Position numbers and translations under genes: made by a program
Assembly (NCBI RefSeq): GCF_009914755.1
Contig: NC_060932.1
Strand: one strand, 5' to 3'
DNA: 64,000 nucleotides
Source of the DNA: the human T2T-CHM13v2.0 reference genome, Homo sapiens
Notes under the pieces: model-generated
Databases searched by the model: none
Seen by the model: the letters and a program-made list of their open reading frames with translations, nothing else
What the model was told of the DNA's origin: nothing
Shown here: positions 1 to 15,240 of the stretch, one piece after another
Position numbering within the stretch: the first letter of the stretch is position 1
Layout of the letters: each line of letters begins with the position of its first letter

Positions 1-29
1 TCAAGGCCATCTAGTAAATGTTCTTGCAA

Positions 30-665
30 CTACACCCTCTTTCTCCTCATCATTTCTGTTCTTCTCTTTATTTTTTCCGTCCATCTTAAAGGAAGGTTAT
101 TCTAAAAGTTCAATTCAATATCACCACTATATATAAGATAATTACCATGTGAAAGATATCCCAAAATCTCTAAAAAAATTTATTTTCCCCTTTAAGCTAG
201 CTTGAGTGTAGCCAATGACATCCTAACATACATGCTTATTTCTTGTAAAACAAAGTTCAAACTCGTAAGAACTGTGTTCAGAGCACTCCATAATCTGGCC
301 TTCATTCACGTTCTGAGGCTTATTGCTTACAGATTCTTAATTAAAACCTTTCTCCAAGCAGCCTGCTGTCTTCTGTATTTGTAAACCCACCTGGCTCATT
401 CTTCTACCAACCACGCCTTCGCTCACTTCAATCTCACTTCCATTGCTTTCTATAAACCCCAGTCATCTTTCAAAACTCACTTATTTTAAAGCTCTTTCAC
501 AGCAGAGACTACTCTTTGGATTATCTGTAGCGTTTTTTGTTTGTTCAATTGACTTGGCATTTTTCACACACACTCATGAATCATTATTGCTTTTTCTGTC
601 TGTGTATGAAAAAAACTGTAAGATCCATGGGTTCAGAAACCACATATTTTGCTTGTTTTCTAAAG
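30..665 (+). mobile_element. L2 LINE 3' region, highly degraded
   Basis: L2-like blocks 'aaagttcaaactc...cactccataatctggcc' and 'ctgtaagatccatgggttcagaaacc'; boundaries approximate. Confidence 0.45.
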
Positions 666-1544
666 GGGAAGCAGAAACAAACACCTTCTCATTCACTACT
701 GATGGATGCCATGAGACTTCCAAAACTCATGCCCAAATAGGAGATTACTCTTTTCGCCTAGGCAATGAAGTACAATCCTTACACTTATTCACTAAATCCG
801 TGTTTACTGAGTGCATTTTAAGTGCCAGGTACTGGAGACACTTATACGCAAAAGAATCTGCCCTTGTGGGCCTCACGGCTGACTGTGGCACAAACAGGTC
901 ATCTGCAGCCTAGCCCAGAGCACAGATGGTAAGGAACATGGTCCCTCAGGTAAGAGAAGGTGAGAGTACTGAGCTGACAGAGGGGGAGAGCGCTGAGAGT
1001 CCAATGTCTTCAGTTGCAGGTGTTTTGTGAAACCAACAAGACTTCACACCTGTTGACACTTTATAGGGGATAGATACACAGCATTGCTTCAGAACGCTTC
1101 CTTCTAGAATTTGAGTTCAGCTGAGCTAGAGACACAGAATCTAGCCTGATGGAAATACCAGCTTGATTGCTGTGAAAAACCAGGATGAGCATGCAACCTA
1201 GATTTGTGGCAACTGGGAACACGATTTTTCCCCTGAAATAAACTCACTCCCCAGCAGCTGGCCTTGCCTGCAGACAGCATTATCCCAATTAAGCTCACGG
1301 CCTACCCGGAAGGAAACCGGGACCTGAGGCAAATCAGCCTCTAGCCCAGGTGAGAATTTTGAGAGAAACAGAGAAGGTAATTCAGAGTTCCCACACTCTG
1401 CTTCTGGAAACCCCTGATGCATAAAGTTATCTCTGCGTTCCTCTCTGGGACTCTGGGAGTCACAGAAGCAATGTCTGTCAACACACTGCCCTCTGGGAAG
1501 GCATCTGGGAAAAACTTCTGAGGGGCAATGTCACAGGAAATGCA

Positions 1545-1700
1545 AAAATGACTTGGGTTCAAATGCCGTTTCTGTCATTTATTCACTGTAAAACTCTAAA
1601 TAATTTTACCGAATGTCATTTTCCTCTTCTGTAAAATGAAAATTTTTACCTCACAAGGTTTTCATTAAAAATGCATATGGTATATTATAGACCCTCAAAA
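1545..1700 (+). mobile_element. MIR fragment
   Basis: MIR core-like 'tgggttcaaat...ttttcctcttctgtaaaatg...acctcacaagg'. Confidence 0.55.
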
Positions 1701-2609
1701 AATGTTTCTAATATATTTATTTTAAATTTGACTTTTGGGTCTCTAACTTTTCTCCTAATTAAGTAAATAATTTCTTATCTAGTAACAAAAACATAAAAGC
1801 AATAATTTACTATAAAAGGGATACTTTATAGATCAGTTGACACTATATATAGATATATATATTCAAGCTTAGGAGAAAGAGTGAAAACACATTTCTTTTT
1901 GTTTAATTTCTCCTCAGCACCTGGCAAAATATCAGAATTTGGAAGTAGTAGGGATGAGGACAGTTGACAGAAAATACATTTAAAATTACAGAAGTGCACA
2001 GGCCTTATGTATGGATTTTTCCAAATTTCATCCTGTAATACTGAGTGAGTATGTTGGTGATCTCAGATACATCAACTCTGTGTAGCATGTGAGGGATGGA
2101 TACCCCTTATAACACATAGTCATGCACTTGCAATGCCACATTGTCTTTCTCTGACATGGAACTCCAAGGGTAGGGTCATTCTAGGTGTGCCCACCCTCTT
2201 GTGTTAATTACTGTGATGAATTGTATTGACCTAAGAGGTGACGTTAGTTTAATTTTTCCTCCAATAGCAAAATGTAAAAGTATTCATTATTAAGAACAAG
2301 GAGCATTTTGTAAACAGAACTTAAAATGTATTTAAATATATTCAATGAGATACTTATAATACTATTTAAATAAGCAAATTCTAAATAAAAATGCCACTTT
2401 AAATTCAGGTAAATAAGGCAGCATGAAAAGAATAAGTAAAAGAAAGATTATTTCAAAGCCAGAAAAAAGATATTCCAGCAAAAAATAATATCAAATTGGC
2501 TTAAAGCCAGCTAGTCATATTGACTACTCTTTGCTAGAGTTTCCATTTGCTATACAGTAGTTCTGTTCTCCTTATTGTTAGTGTGATTTTTCCAGGGCAT
2601 CAAAAATTT

Positions 2610-3064
2610 GTGATATGCAATAGAAAAGATGTGAAATCAACCCTGGTGCCCATCAGCAGTGGACTACATAAGGAAAACGTGGTACATATACACCGTGGAA
2701 TACTAAGCAGTCATATAAAAAGAACAAAATCATATCCTTTGCAGCAACACAGATACAGCTGGAGGCCATTATCCAAAGTAAACTAATGCAGAGGCAGAAA
2801 ATCAAATACCTTATGTTCTCCTGTAGACGTAGGAGCTGAACATTGGGTACACACGGACACAAACATGGAAACAATAGACAGTGGGGAATATTACAGTGGG
2901 AAGGTGAGAGGGTTGAAAAACCCTGCTGGGTTCTATGCTCACCCACTGGGTGACAGGTTCAATCATACTCCCAACCCCAGCATCACACAATCTACCTCTG
3001 TAACACACCTGTATATGGACCCCCTGAATCCAAAGTAATAGACAAAAAATAAAATAAAATAAAA
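2610..3064 (+). mobile_element. L1 3' end (older primate L1PA15-16/L1PB type)
   Basis: ORF2 end and 3'UTR motifs 'tggtacatatacaccgtggaatact', 'ctggaggccattatcc', A-rich tail. Confidence 0.85.
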
Positions 3065-3110
3065 TTGGTGATCTGTTGGTTGAAAAATTAACAGCAAAAG
3101 ATTTTATTTT

Positions 3111-3413
<303 letters not shown>

Positions 3414-3506
3414 TTATTTTATTCAACAACCTCTACTGACCATCATATGACCTCATTTAACCAAAAATAAGTTAAACTCAAAAGCAGAAAACAGACATAC
3501 AGATAG

Positions 3507-4236
<730 letters not shown>

Positions 4237-4518
4237 AAACAAAATAATTATAATTAGGAAACAAGATTATAAAAATTGTGGTATACTTTAAATATTTCCA
4301 ATTAACAAATGAAGTGGTATGAAGGATTTTTTTTTTTAAATTCTGTCAGTGCATCTGTGTAGCTATTTATATAACCTAGTCAGAGATAACATCCAACAGC
4401 TGACTCTGAGGCTCTTTATAAATAGGCCCTGATGTGCACAGATAAGGCAAGAGCTCAGCCCTGGTCAGCAGCCACTTTTGGAAGCAAGACCTACAAGATT
4501 TCCACTGACTGGAGCACG

Positions 4519-5460
4519 TTTTATTTTTAACTTTTATTTTAGGTTTGGGGGTAGATGTGGAGGCTTGGTACATAGGTAAACTTGTGTCACGGGGTTTTTT
4601 GTACAGATTATTTCATCACCCAGGTGTTAAGCCCGGTACTCAGTAGTTATTTTTTCTGCTTCTCTCCCTTTTCCCACCCTTCACCCTCAAGTAGACCCCA
4701 GTGTCTATTGTTACCTTCTTTGGGTACATGAGTTGTCATCATTTAGCTCCCACTTATGAGTGAGAACATGTGGTATTTGGTATTTGGTTTTCTATTCCCG
4801 CATTTGCTAAAGATAATAGCCTCCAGATCCATCTATGTTTCCACAAAAGACATAATCTCATTCTTTTTCATGGCTGCATAGTATTCCATGATGTATATGT
4901 ACCACATTTTTTTAATCCAGTCTATCATCCACAGCATTTAGGTTGCTTATGTATGTTTTTGCTATTGTGAATAGCACTGCAATGAACATTTCCGTGCATG
5001 TGTCTTTATGATAGAATGATCTATATTCCTCTGGGTATATACTCAGTAATAGAATTGCTGGTTCAAATGGTAATTCTGTTTTTAGCTCTTTGAGGAATGG
5101 CCACACTGCTTTCCACAATGACTGAACTAATTTACACTCCCACCAACAGTGTATAAATGTTTCCTTTTCTCTGCAACCTTGCCAGCCTGTTATTTTTTCA
5201 CTTTTTGATAATAGCCGTTTTGACTTGTGTGAGAAGGTATTTCATTGTGGTTTTGGATGGCATTTCTCTAATTATCAGTGATATTGAGGTTTTTTCATAC
5301 GCTTGTTAGCTGCATGCATGTTTTCATTTGAAAAGTACCTGTTCATGTCCTTTACCCAGTTTTTAGTGTTGTTTTTTGTTTTCCTTTTGTGAATTTGTTT
5401 AAGTTCCTCATAGATGCTGGATATTAGACCTTTGTCAGTTGCATAATTTGCAAATATTTT
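4519..5460 (-). mobile_element. L1 (L1PB/L1PA15-16 type), 5'-truncated
   Basis: Antisense L1 3'UTR and ORF2 C-terminus; minus ORFs read 'LKELKTELPFEPAILLL' and 'IFANYATDKGLISSIYEELKQ'. Confidence 0.9.
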
Positions 5461-6059
5461 CTGAGTGGAGTACTTTGGGTCTTTGTTTATATGGGTCAAA
5501 AGAAATGAAGAGACAAGATGAATATCTGGCTAATTCAGGTAACATTATTCTCCCCTAATGCTTCTTTTAAAGAAAAAGCAAGAGGCTTGAGCCTGAATTA
5601 GGAGAGATGGATGTGGAGAAATACAACTGTGCACTGGCCTACACAAACTGCTGTCACTCATCATACCTCATGTCTCTGCCTAGCTGCCTGGCTGCTATTG
5701 TGATGTGGAATCCCAAAGCCACACTGTGTCTCCCTACTCACAGATTGGACCCTCACCCACACATTTCTTCTCACTAGAGTTTAGGACACCAGAGAGCCAG
5801 GTGGCCAAGCAGGTGGCGTCACCAGGATCTCCAGCCTGTGGGGGAAGAGGGACAATTCTGGCTGTGGCCGACTGGATTTGAATAATGTCTGTAGGACATG
5901 TGGCCTTAGCTGCTTCATAGCTAAATTTCAGTTTCTAAACTATAAAATGAGGAAAACCGTAATCCTAGCCACCTTACCAAGCTGAGATGATTAACCATAA
6001 ACTGCGTAGCTCATAGTGTTTTCTCAAAGGTGGAAGTTTGTGGTGACATTCCCACAACT

Positions 6060-7440
6060 AGTTTGAGCATTCACTGATGATGATTCTTGCCTAAATCAAT
6101 TGTTTGTATAACAGTTGGAAAATGATAATTTTCCACGTCCACCATTCTCCCTAAACTTATTAATTACACTAGAAGACCTTTCTCTTCTCTCTTATATACT
6201 TATTTCTTTGTTTGTTTAATCAGTAGGGAATAACAGATTCTTATTTTACCCAATGGTTTATAATCTATTATTAATATTATTGAACTTGATGCTCAACTTT
6301 TCCCAGCCTTTGATCGAGAAAAGCTCCTTCAAGCTTTTCCTCATGTCCTTTTAACATGTCCCTAGCATTTCTTTTTTTTTTTTTAGCACTTCTTTGTTAT
6401 GACATAACAAAGTGTTCAGGGCTTGTATAGCATTTTCCCTACCCTAGCCTTTTTGTTTTTGGAGAAGTCCTGCTTCTTTTTAGTGGGAGACAGTATATAG
6501 ACATTTGGATACTAAATGTGTGTATTGCTTTTGGGTGTCATTGTTTTGAGGTCCTTTCAGCAGAAAACCTGGAGAATACACACACGTACTCACAAGTGTG
6601 ACTATGTCTATAATAGTATTTAAAAACCATGCGTTCAGGCTAATACCACCAATTCCAATTCAATGCCACAGGGTTCTTCTTAGCCTTTTGCTATTATGTA
6701 TTTGTATGTCTCTTCTCAACATCATCAATACATGTACTCATTGCTAACTCCTATGATACATAGGAAGTTGTTCAGAATTGCTAACCCACAACACTGCTAA
6801 AACAAACCCTACTAGAGTTCAAGATTTGTCCACAATCAGTTTTTTCTTATAGTCAAAATATTCTGTTCAAAAAACAAATCAGAGTAAATTGATTTTTTAA
6901 AAACAAAATTATTTGTGTTAGTTTCCCTCCTCTTCACTGTGGTCATGCTCTCCATTTGAAATACAATTAAGCTTAATTGTTTCATTTGTGTGACCTTTTA
7001 GGACTTGCCCCCTTCGATTTTATTGACTCAGTTTAATTTTATTTAATTTTGGAGTATGTAAACATTAATGGGTTCAAAAAGTCCATACTATACAGATATA
7101 TACTCAAACATTTGACTTTCTCTTCTGTATCCCTTCCAATAAATTCCTGACTACCTCAACAGGCAACCAATCTCATCAGTTTCAATTTTCTCTGTCCTGT
7201 GTTTCTTTTTACAAAAATAGGCTAATGGAGCCATACAGAGATATAGGTATCTATATCTATATCTAACATCTATATCTGTATGTCTTTCATACACAAAAGA
7301 TATATATATATTTATATATATATCTTTTGTCCTTTTATTATTATCCTAAACAACATGTCCTAGAAATGACTTTGTATCAGTTTGTAGATATCTTCCTTAT
7401 TCTTTTTTTATAGCTGCATAGTGCTCAATTGTGTGGATAT
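6060..7440 (-). mobile_element. Old L1M (L1MC/ME-like) fragments
   Basis: Degraded antisense L1 3'-region-like blocks; boundaries approximate. Confidence 0.45.
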
Positions 7441-7444
7441 ACCA

Positions 7445-7620
7445 TCACAGAGTTTTAATGGATTTTTACATCTCATTTGATCCTTGCAATACTCTGTGAA
7501 GTAGGAGAATGTGTGTTATTATACTCATTTCATAGTTGAGAAAAATAGATTCAGGGAGGTAACACAGATGAGTATTGACAGAGCGGGATCTGAGACTGCG
7601 TCTTAAGTTCAAGACCAGCC
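7445..7620 (-). mobile_element. MIR
   Basis: 'catctcatttgatccttgcaatactctgtgaagtagg...ttcagggaggtaac'. Confidence 0.6.
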
Positions 7621-7647
7621 CTCCCCTGACTGTGCTGTGCTATTAGT

Positions 7648-7865
7648 CTTTTTTTTCCAACAACTTTTATTTTAAGTTCTAGGATACATGTGCAGGATGT
7701 GCAGATTTGTTACATGGGTAAATGTGTGCCATGGTGATTTGCTGCACCTGTCAACCCATCACCTAGGTTTTAAGCCCCACATGTATTAACTCTTTATCCT
7801 TATGCTCTTTCTCCCCCTACCCTCCTGGCCAGCCCCAGCATGTGTTGTGTCCCCCCACATGTCCC
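7648..7865 (-). mobile_element. L1PA 3'UTR fragment
   Basis: 'ttttaagttctaggatacatgtgcaggatgtgcag...gtgccatggtg'. Confidence 0.85.
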
Positions 7866-8289
7866 TTAGATTTCTTAACCCTCTACGTCTTAGGGTAACT
7901 CAGTCTTTGTGGGCTAGTCTGGAACAGTGCCCACTATTTATAACCTGTCTCTATGTTTAATGGTAATAATAATAATAATGTATTCTGAGTTCTGAACAAT
8001 CACTTTAAAACAAAATTTTGTAAAGTAATCTACATCAGAGTCCTGAGTGTGCTTAAACTTGGTAACTTGGGAAGAGTTAATAAAGAACCTTGTTGTTGCA
8101 GGGAAGTAGGAATTAGAACAATAATGAGACACTCTCTCCTAACCATCTGACTGATCAAATTTAATAAGCCTAACTATACCAAGTGTTGTAGAAGATATAA
8201 AGAAACAGAAATGCTTGTATACTATTGGTATGCATTTTGTCAATCACTTTGGAGAACAATTTGGTAATAGTCTATACATTTACAGCTAT

Positions 8290-8505
8290 ACACAGCTTTA
8301 ATGTAATAATTAACATATAGTGGGTTTATTAGTGCTTTTAAAAATGAATGAATTTATATATATTTTTTAATTTTCTCAGTTTTGATATCTAATATGGTAA
8401 ATGTTGATAGCTGTAAGACACATATACAAATCTTGTTATGGTCCTAAATAAGCTTCAGGAGTGTAAACGGGTCCTGAGACAAAAATGTTTGTAAACTGCT
8501 GCCCT
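8290..8505. mobile_element. hAT-Charlie DNA transposon terminal fragment inside an old L1M
   Basis: Charlie1-like end 'gggtcctgagacaaaaatgtttgtaaactgctg'. Confidence 0.5.
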
Positions 8506-8739
8506 AGAGAAATGCAGGAATATGGACACAAGGCAAATTGTTTAAAAACATAGTCAGATTGTTGGTGATAGAGAAAGTGCAGACACAAATGTCCATCATG
8601 GGAGCATGATAAATGCAGTGCTGTATATTCATACAATGGAATTTCATACAGAAACCAAAATGGAACAACTTGGATAAATCTCAAAAACTGTTGCGTGAAC
8701 AAAACAAGTCACCCAGAGTGTTGCATAGAATATGATACA

Positions 8740-9020
8740 TTTTCTTTTCTTTTTTTTTCCTGCCTAGTCTGGGGTGCAGTGGCAATCACAGCTCACTGCA
8801 ACCTCTGCCTCCCAGGTTCAAGCAAGTCTCCCACCTCAGCCATGTAAGTAGCTGGGATTACAGGTGCCCACCACCACATCCAGCTAATTTTTGTGTTTTT
8901 TGTAGAGACAGGGTTTTACCATGTTGGCCAGGCTGATCTCGAACATGGGGCCTTAAGTGATCTGCCCACCTTGGCCTCCAAATGTGCTGAGATTACAGGC
9001 ATGAGCCACCATGCCCGGCT
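8740..9020 (-). mobile_element. Alu (AluJ/S)
   Basis: Reverse-complement Alu dimer with T tail. Confidence 0.9.
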
Positions 9021-9189
9021 GATGCATTTTCTTTAACCTAAAAAAAATTGCAAAACAATTGTATGCATTGTGAATACATCCATGCATGTGCAATGAAAGC
9101 TTAAAAACATTCCTGGGAATGATGTATTCCAACTTCAAAATAGATGACTTCAACTTTATTATATGATGTTTTAAAAAAGATACATGTGA

Positions 9190-9574
<385 letters not shown>

Positions 9575-11204
9575 TCGTTACTATGCTTTTCTATGTATCT
9601 GAAGTACAGAAAAGGAAGGAAGGAGGAAATGAAGGCCATTTAGATAATTATTGGAAATGGGATAATTATCGTAACAGATTATCAAAAATCCCTCAAAGCA
9701 AGAAGAAAGAGCATGCAATGTGAAATTATACCTTGGAAAATATTTTAGGTTCTTTGAGAAGAAAGGAAGATGGCTGAGGTGTAGTTATTAAAAACTCAGA
9801 AGAAGTTTTGAAATAAATGTTTATTGAATGTTTCTTACATGGTTGACACTACCTCACCCAATATTTAACTGAACCTGTAAAACAACACAGCAAGGTGTAA
9901 TACATAGCATTTGGCATAATAATACATTATCTCAAATTTACAGATGAGCAAATCAGAGCTCAGGATAGTAGCTCAGGGTAAGTACACAGAGGAAGCCCAC
10001 TTTGAGCCCAGGTCTTCTTGACTGGGGAGCTTTGCACTATGCAATTCTCTGTGTGCTTCCCAAGGAGTAGGGAACACAAAAAGAGATTGGAAGAGATAGC
10101 ATTTCCCTCTCTTTAATGATAATTTGTATTTATAGTAACTAACCAAGGGGTTCAAAGAATTCTAGGGCTGTCATAAATTATCATAAATTATTCTGACTGT
10201 ATATGAGAAACTTTAAGAAAACTGAAGCCTCATAATGGTCAAGCATTTTCCCCTTGCTTAGAACATTAGTTGCAATGTGTGGAATATAATTCTGTTTTTG
10301 TTTTGCAGAATAAAATAATCACACGGATCATATCTGCCTTTTAGGGGAATCTAGATATATTTTTAAATCCTAATTCAGTTCATTTTGCACAAATTAATGA
10401 ATGAAAAGGACATTTTTGAGCACTTTTCTGTGCTATGCTATACCCCTTTTTACACATGATCTCATCCAATCATCACAGCAAGTGTGTAAGGGTTTTATTT
10501 CCCCCATTGTACAGATGAAGCAGTGAAGTGTCAGAAGTCAGAAGAGACTTACACAGAGTGAAACAGCAAAGGGGGCACAGTGCTATTTCCAACTCAGGGC
10601 TGTCTGTTTTTCTTATATTATGCTTTTGAACAATCATTAACTGACCATTCTTAGGATAAGACCTGAAGCTGACTTTGAAATACTTTTAAGTTCTTAGGGC
10701 CTGCAAAGCTCTCCTTTGTGAGGAGAAAGCAAGCAAGAGCCACGCTGTCCTGCCGCTCATTGAAAGCTTTCCAGGAAGTGCTTATTTTGTGGGCACTGCC
10801 CCTTCTTGATGAACCCTTGCCTGCCACTTTGGGAGCCAGGCTTAGGCAGTAGTGGAATTATTCCTATTATTATTATTGCAATGTTAGTAATTTTGAGCAT
10901 AAATTCAAACATTTTACTTGTATGAAAATAATACAGGCATATAGTTTAAAATGTTTCCAAAAGCCTTGAAAGATTCAGGATTAAAGAGAACAGTCCCTTG
11001 CCTACCTTCCCTCCATAGTCCTGTTCCCAGAAGCAATTGCCGGATCCTTCCAACTGTGCCTTCTGGAACGTATCTCCATATTTAAAAATAATTTGCACAC
11101 CAGCATTCTCTCGATCCATAAATTTTAGACATAATGCACTGATGTCTAATCATGATAGATAAGGATTTAACTCTGTTATCATCCTTCCCTTCCTTTCATC
11201 TTCC

Positions 11205-12480
11205 TAATTTTTTTTGTATAATAGCTTTGTTGAGAAATAATTCACATACCATGCAACTCACTTTTTTAAAGTATAAAATTCAATGGTTTTTATTATATTC
11301 ACAGAAATGTATGACTATCACCCTATCTAGTTTTAGATCATTTTCATCACCCCAACAAGAAACACTGTACCCTTTAACAGTCACTGCCATTCTTCCCTCC
11401 CCTCAGCCCTAGGCAACCACTCTACTTTCAGTCTTCATGGATTTGCCTATTCTGGACATTTCAGATAAGTCATACAATATGTGGCACTTTGTATGTGGCT
11501 TCTTTCACTCACCATAGTGTTTTCAAGGCTCATTCATATTATAGCATGTATCAGAATTTTACTCCTTTTGTTGACTCAGTAGTATTCCATTGCATAGATA
11601 CATTACATTTTGTTTGTCCATTCATCAGTTGATGAACATTTGAGTAATTTCCACTTTTTGGTTATTATGAATATTGCTGCTATGAACATTTGTATCAGGT
11701 TTTTGTGAGCATCTGTTTTCAGTTCTCTTGGATATATGCTAGGAGGGAATTGCTAGTATATTAATGATTTTTAACTTTTTATGGTACCACCAAACTGTCT
11801 TCCACAGCAGCTGCACCATTTTACATTCAAACTAGCAGCGAATGAAGGTTTGGATTTTTCCACATCTTTGTCAACACTTGTCTGTCGTTTTTATTTTGGT
11901 CATCTTATTAGGGATGTGGTGGTATCTCATCATGGTTTTGATTTGCATTTCCCTAATGGCAATGATGCTGATCATCCTGTCATGTGCTTATCAGCCACTT
12001 GTATATCTTCTTTGGAGATATGTCTATCCATATCCTTCACTCATTTTTAAACTGGGTTACTTGTCTTATTATTGTTATGAGTTGTGTGAGTTGTAAAGGT
12101 TATTTATATATTCTGGTTACAAGTCTTTTGTCAGATAAATTATTTGCAAATATTTTCTCCCATCCTGTAAATTGTCTTGTTATTTTCTTCATGGTGTCCT
12201 TTGAGGCACAAAAGTTTAATGTTGGTGTAATCCAATTTATCTACTTTTTCTTTAGTTGATTGTGCTTTCAGTGTCACATCTAAGAAACCATAGCTTAATC
12301 CAAGATCACAGGGATTTACTCCTATGCTTTCTTATAACAGCTTTATAGTTTAACCCTTACATTTAGATGTATGAATCACTTTGACTTAATTTATTCTCAT
12401 ATATTGTGTGAGGTAGGAGTCCAACTTCATTCTTTTACATGTGCATACCAAATTGTCCCAGCACCATTTATTGAAAACAT
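11205..12480 (-). mobile_element. L1MB/L1MA-type LINE 3' portion
   Basis: Typical antisense start 'agctttgttgagaaataattcacataccat' through 'tcccagcaccatttattgaaaa'. Confidence 0.85.
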
Positions 12481-12899
12481 AATATAGTTTTACGACAAAC
12501 TTTGATTACATCACTATTTAGTATTTACACTATTATGGTAAATGTGTTCTCTGCTGAGCCAAGCAGTATATAGTTACTGTTTCCTTTCTTGTTAAAAAAA
12601 AAAAAAAAAAAAAAGCCCTTGTTTTTCCAAGAGTTAACAGTAGCCTCGTTTTTATTGTTGCCATTTCTTTAATTTCATTGAATTTATATTTATTTCTTTC
12701 CACACCTTCCAATAGCCCCTCTTTCCGCAAGACCAAACCTATCAGCTAATTAATCTATCACTTCCCATTTTTTTTCTGGAGACATCCCTTTGGGGCATCT
12801 GTTTCTGTGCACCAGTCTACATTTCTTGTTCCTAAAAATAATTCCTACCCAAACCTTCTGCCGAACACTGAATGCTTAAACACATAATCTTCCTCCTGC

Positions 12900-13180
12900 T
12901 TTTTTTTTTTTTGAGACAGAGTCTCGCTCTGTTGCCCAGGCTGGAGTACAGTGGCGCGATCTCGGCTCCGCCTCCCGGGTTCACGCCATTCTCCTGCCTC
13001 AGCCTCCCAAGTAGCTGGGACTACAGGCGCCAGCCACCGCGCCTGGCTAATTTTTGTATTTTAGTAGAGACGGGGTTTCACCGTGTTAGCCAGGATAATC
13101 TCGATCTCCTGACCCCGTGATCCACCCACCTCGGCCTCCCAAAGTGCTGGGATTACAGGTGTGAGTCAGCGCTCCCAGCC
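12900..13180 (-). mobile_element. AluY-like with a short internal deletion
   Basis: 'ggttcacgccattctcc'; 'ggctc[actgcaagctc]cgcc' collapsed at a gctc microhomology; T tracts on both sides. Confidence 0.93.
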
Positions 13181-13249
13181 TTTTTTTTTTTTTTTTTTTT
13201 TTTTTCTGACATGCTCCTTGAGCCCTCAGCACTCTTGCTCCTGTCTATT

Positions 13250-14110
13250 TTGGCTAGGAAATCTCTTTAGTGAGTCCTGAGAACTACCATTGCCTTTCTC
13301 TTTTGTTGGTTCCTCTGCTTCCTGAATCCCATTTTCTCCTGTTTTAATTTACTTCCTAATTAGACGGGCTATAGACTCCAGAAGCTTCCTTAAAAAATGC
13401 ATGGGAAACAAATTATTTTTTATCTTTACGTGATTCTTTGTTTTTAACCTTATATAAATAGCTTGGCTGGGATTTGAATTCAAGTTTAGAAATCCTCCTC
13501 AATCAGCACTTTGAAGGCATTCCTCCACTGTCTTCTGGCCTTCACTGCTGCTTTTGAGAAGTCTATGCCATTCTAATATGGCATCTCAATCCTTAGTATC
13601 TGCCTCATTTCATCTTTCCAGAAGTTTTTATGACTTTCTTTTTTTCTATTTGATATTTTGAACTTTCATTATAATATGTATTGTTCTAAACTTGGTGTGT
13701 ATTGTACTGAATACTTAATGAATCCTTTCATTCAGAGCACTAAATTGTTTTGGTTTGAGGAAATTTCCTAATATTGCTTCCCTGATAATTTCTTCCTTAC
13801 TCTTTTCTCTTCATAGAATTCCTATTATACAGATGTTCCACTTCCTGGATGATCTTTTACATTTCTTACTTTTTCTCTTCTTGTCCATCTTTATCTCTTC
13901 ATTTTCCTTTTAGAGGGATATCTTAACTTTATCTTACAAACTTCTCACTGACATTAAAAAAAAATTTAAACTATTTTTTAATTTCCCAGAAGCGAAGTCT
14001 TTCTTGTTTTCTGACTATACGTGTTTTTTAAAATTAAATTTCTGTTCTTGTTTTGTGGATACAATATCTTTTCTCATCTCTCTGGGGATATTAACATTAA
14101 CTCATGTTAA
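13250..14110 (-). mobile_element. Old L1M internal fragment
   Basis: Degraded antisense L1 ORF1/ORF2-like sequence 'tagcttggctggg...ctttgaaggcattcctccactgtcttctggcc'. Confidence 0.55.
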
Positions 14111-15240
14111 AATTGACTCATTTCCTCATTTCCTCTAGCCTCTAAGGTTGGAATTACTTCTGTAATATAGCTGGCCCCGAGAAAAATGCTATCTTCAACA
14201 AGTGGGTAATCAGAAAGATCGTTAATCCAACTGCACCCTTAGGAATATATCAGATGTGTTTGGGTGATTTTTTTTTTTTTTTTTAGTTACTAGCTTTATG
14301 CTTTCATGTGGAAACATTTCCTCAAATGTACAGCAATCGTTAGATCTCATATTTAAGAGCAGGACACAGAAAAGTTTAATGGAAGGTGTGTACTCATCAT
14401 TACATAATGAGTACATTCAGGATTTTGTCCCCTTGGGAGAGCAACCTACTACATTTCACAAATCTTTCTTGAATCAGAAATTGCTCTTTACTGCAGGTGA
14501 AAATGCCACTGGGTTTTCAGTTATCTTGGGTAGAGTTCCATATTGTAGCTAAAAGAGACAGATCTTTCAGGGTCTTTTCAATCTCAAACAAACTCCTGAA
14601 ATCTGATGACATCTGAAACATAGAATAAAGAATTTCTTGGAAAGTTAGATAGCATTATTGGCAGGAAAATCTCAAAAACTAAAGTTCAAAGTAACTGTAC
14701 CAAGTAATCAATAAAACCTGGCAAACAAACTGGCACGGAGAAAGAGGCTGTGTAATTCAACAAAGCATTTAGACAAGCAAGACGGCCTTACTTATTTCTG
14801 TCATGCAGAATCAATTCAAATGCCAGCTTTCTATACAGGTTTTAGAATTATTTCTCTTGGTATAATAGTTTGAGTTCCAAAAGGATTCTAGAGGGTAACA
14901 TAATGTGTCTCCAAATATTGTCAACTTAAAACCATGCATTATAGTTATTATTTAATTAGGCTATTGGTTAGCCCCATATATTCATTTCAGGTCTAATATT
15001 TGCTTGCTTCATTGAGATAATCTCATCAACTTAGTAAGCCTTGAGTTTCCCTTGCCTATTTCCAGAGTTTTTGTACTAAAAAATGTTTTTGAGCCTCAGA
15101 CTCATACCAGTAAAAGTGACTTTTGCAGCTCTGTCCCCATTAGAACAGATCCATGATGTACCTTCCTAAGTTATTCAAAGTGTCTGTAGAGATTCTATGT
15201 GCTTTTTGAGGAAATTGTCCAAAAGCAGAATTTTGTACAG

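Noticed and set aside
443-913. 156-aa ORF
   Set aside because: Non-ATG start, overlaps degraded L2 fragments, no recognisable domain.
940-1400. Several GT splice-donor-like sites (cag/gtaaga near 950, cag/gtgaga near 1350) and ETS-like motifs
   Set aside because: No exon with paired acceptor and coding signal can be supported; such motifs are frequent by chance. A lncRNA exon cannot be excluded without RNA data.
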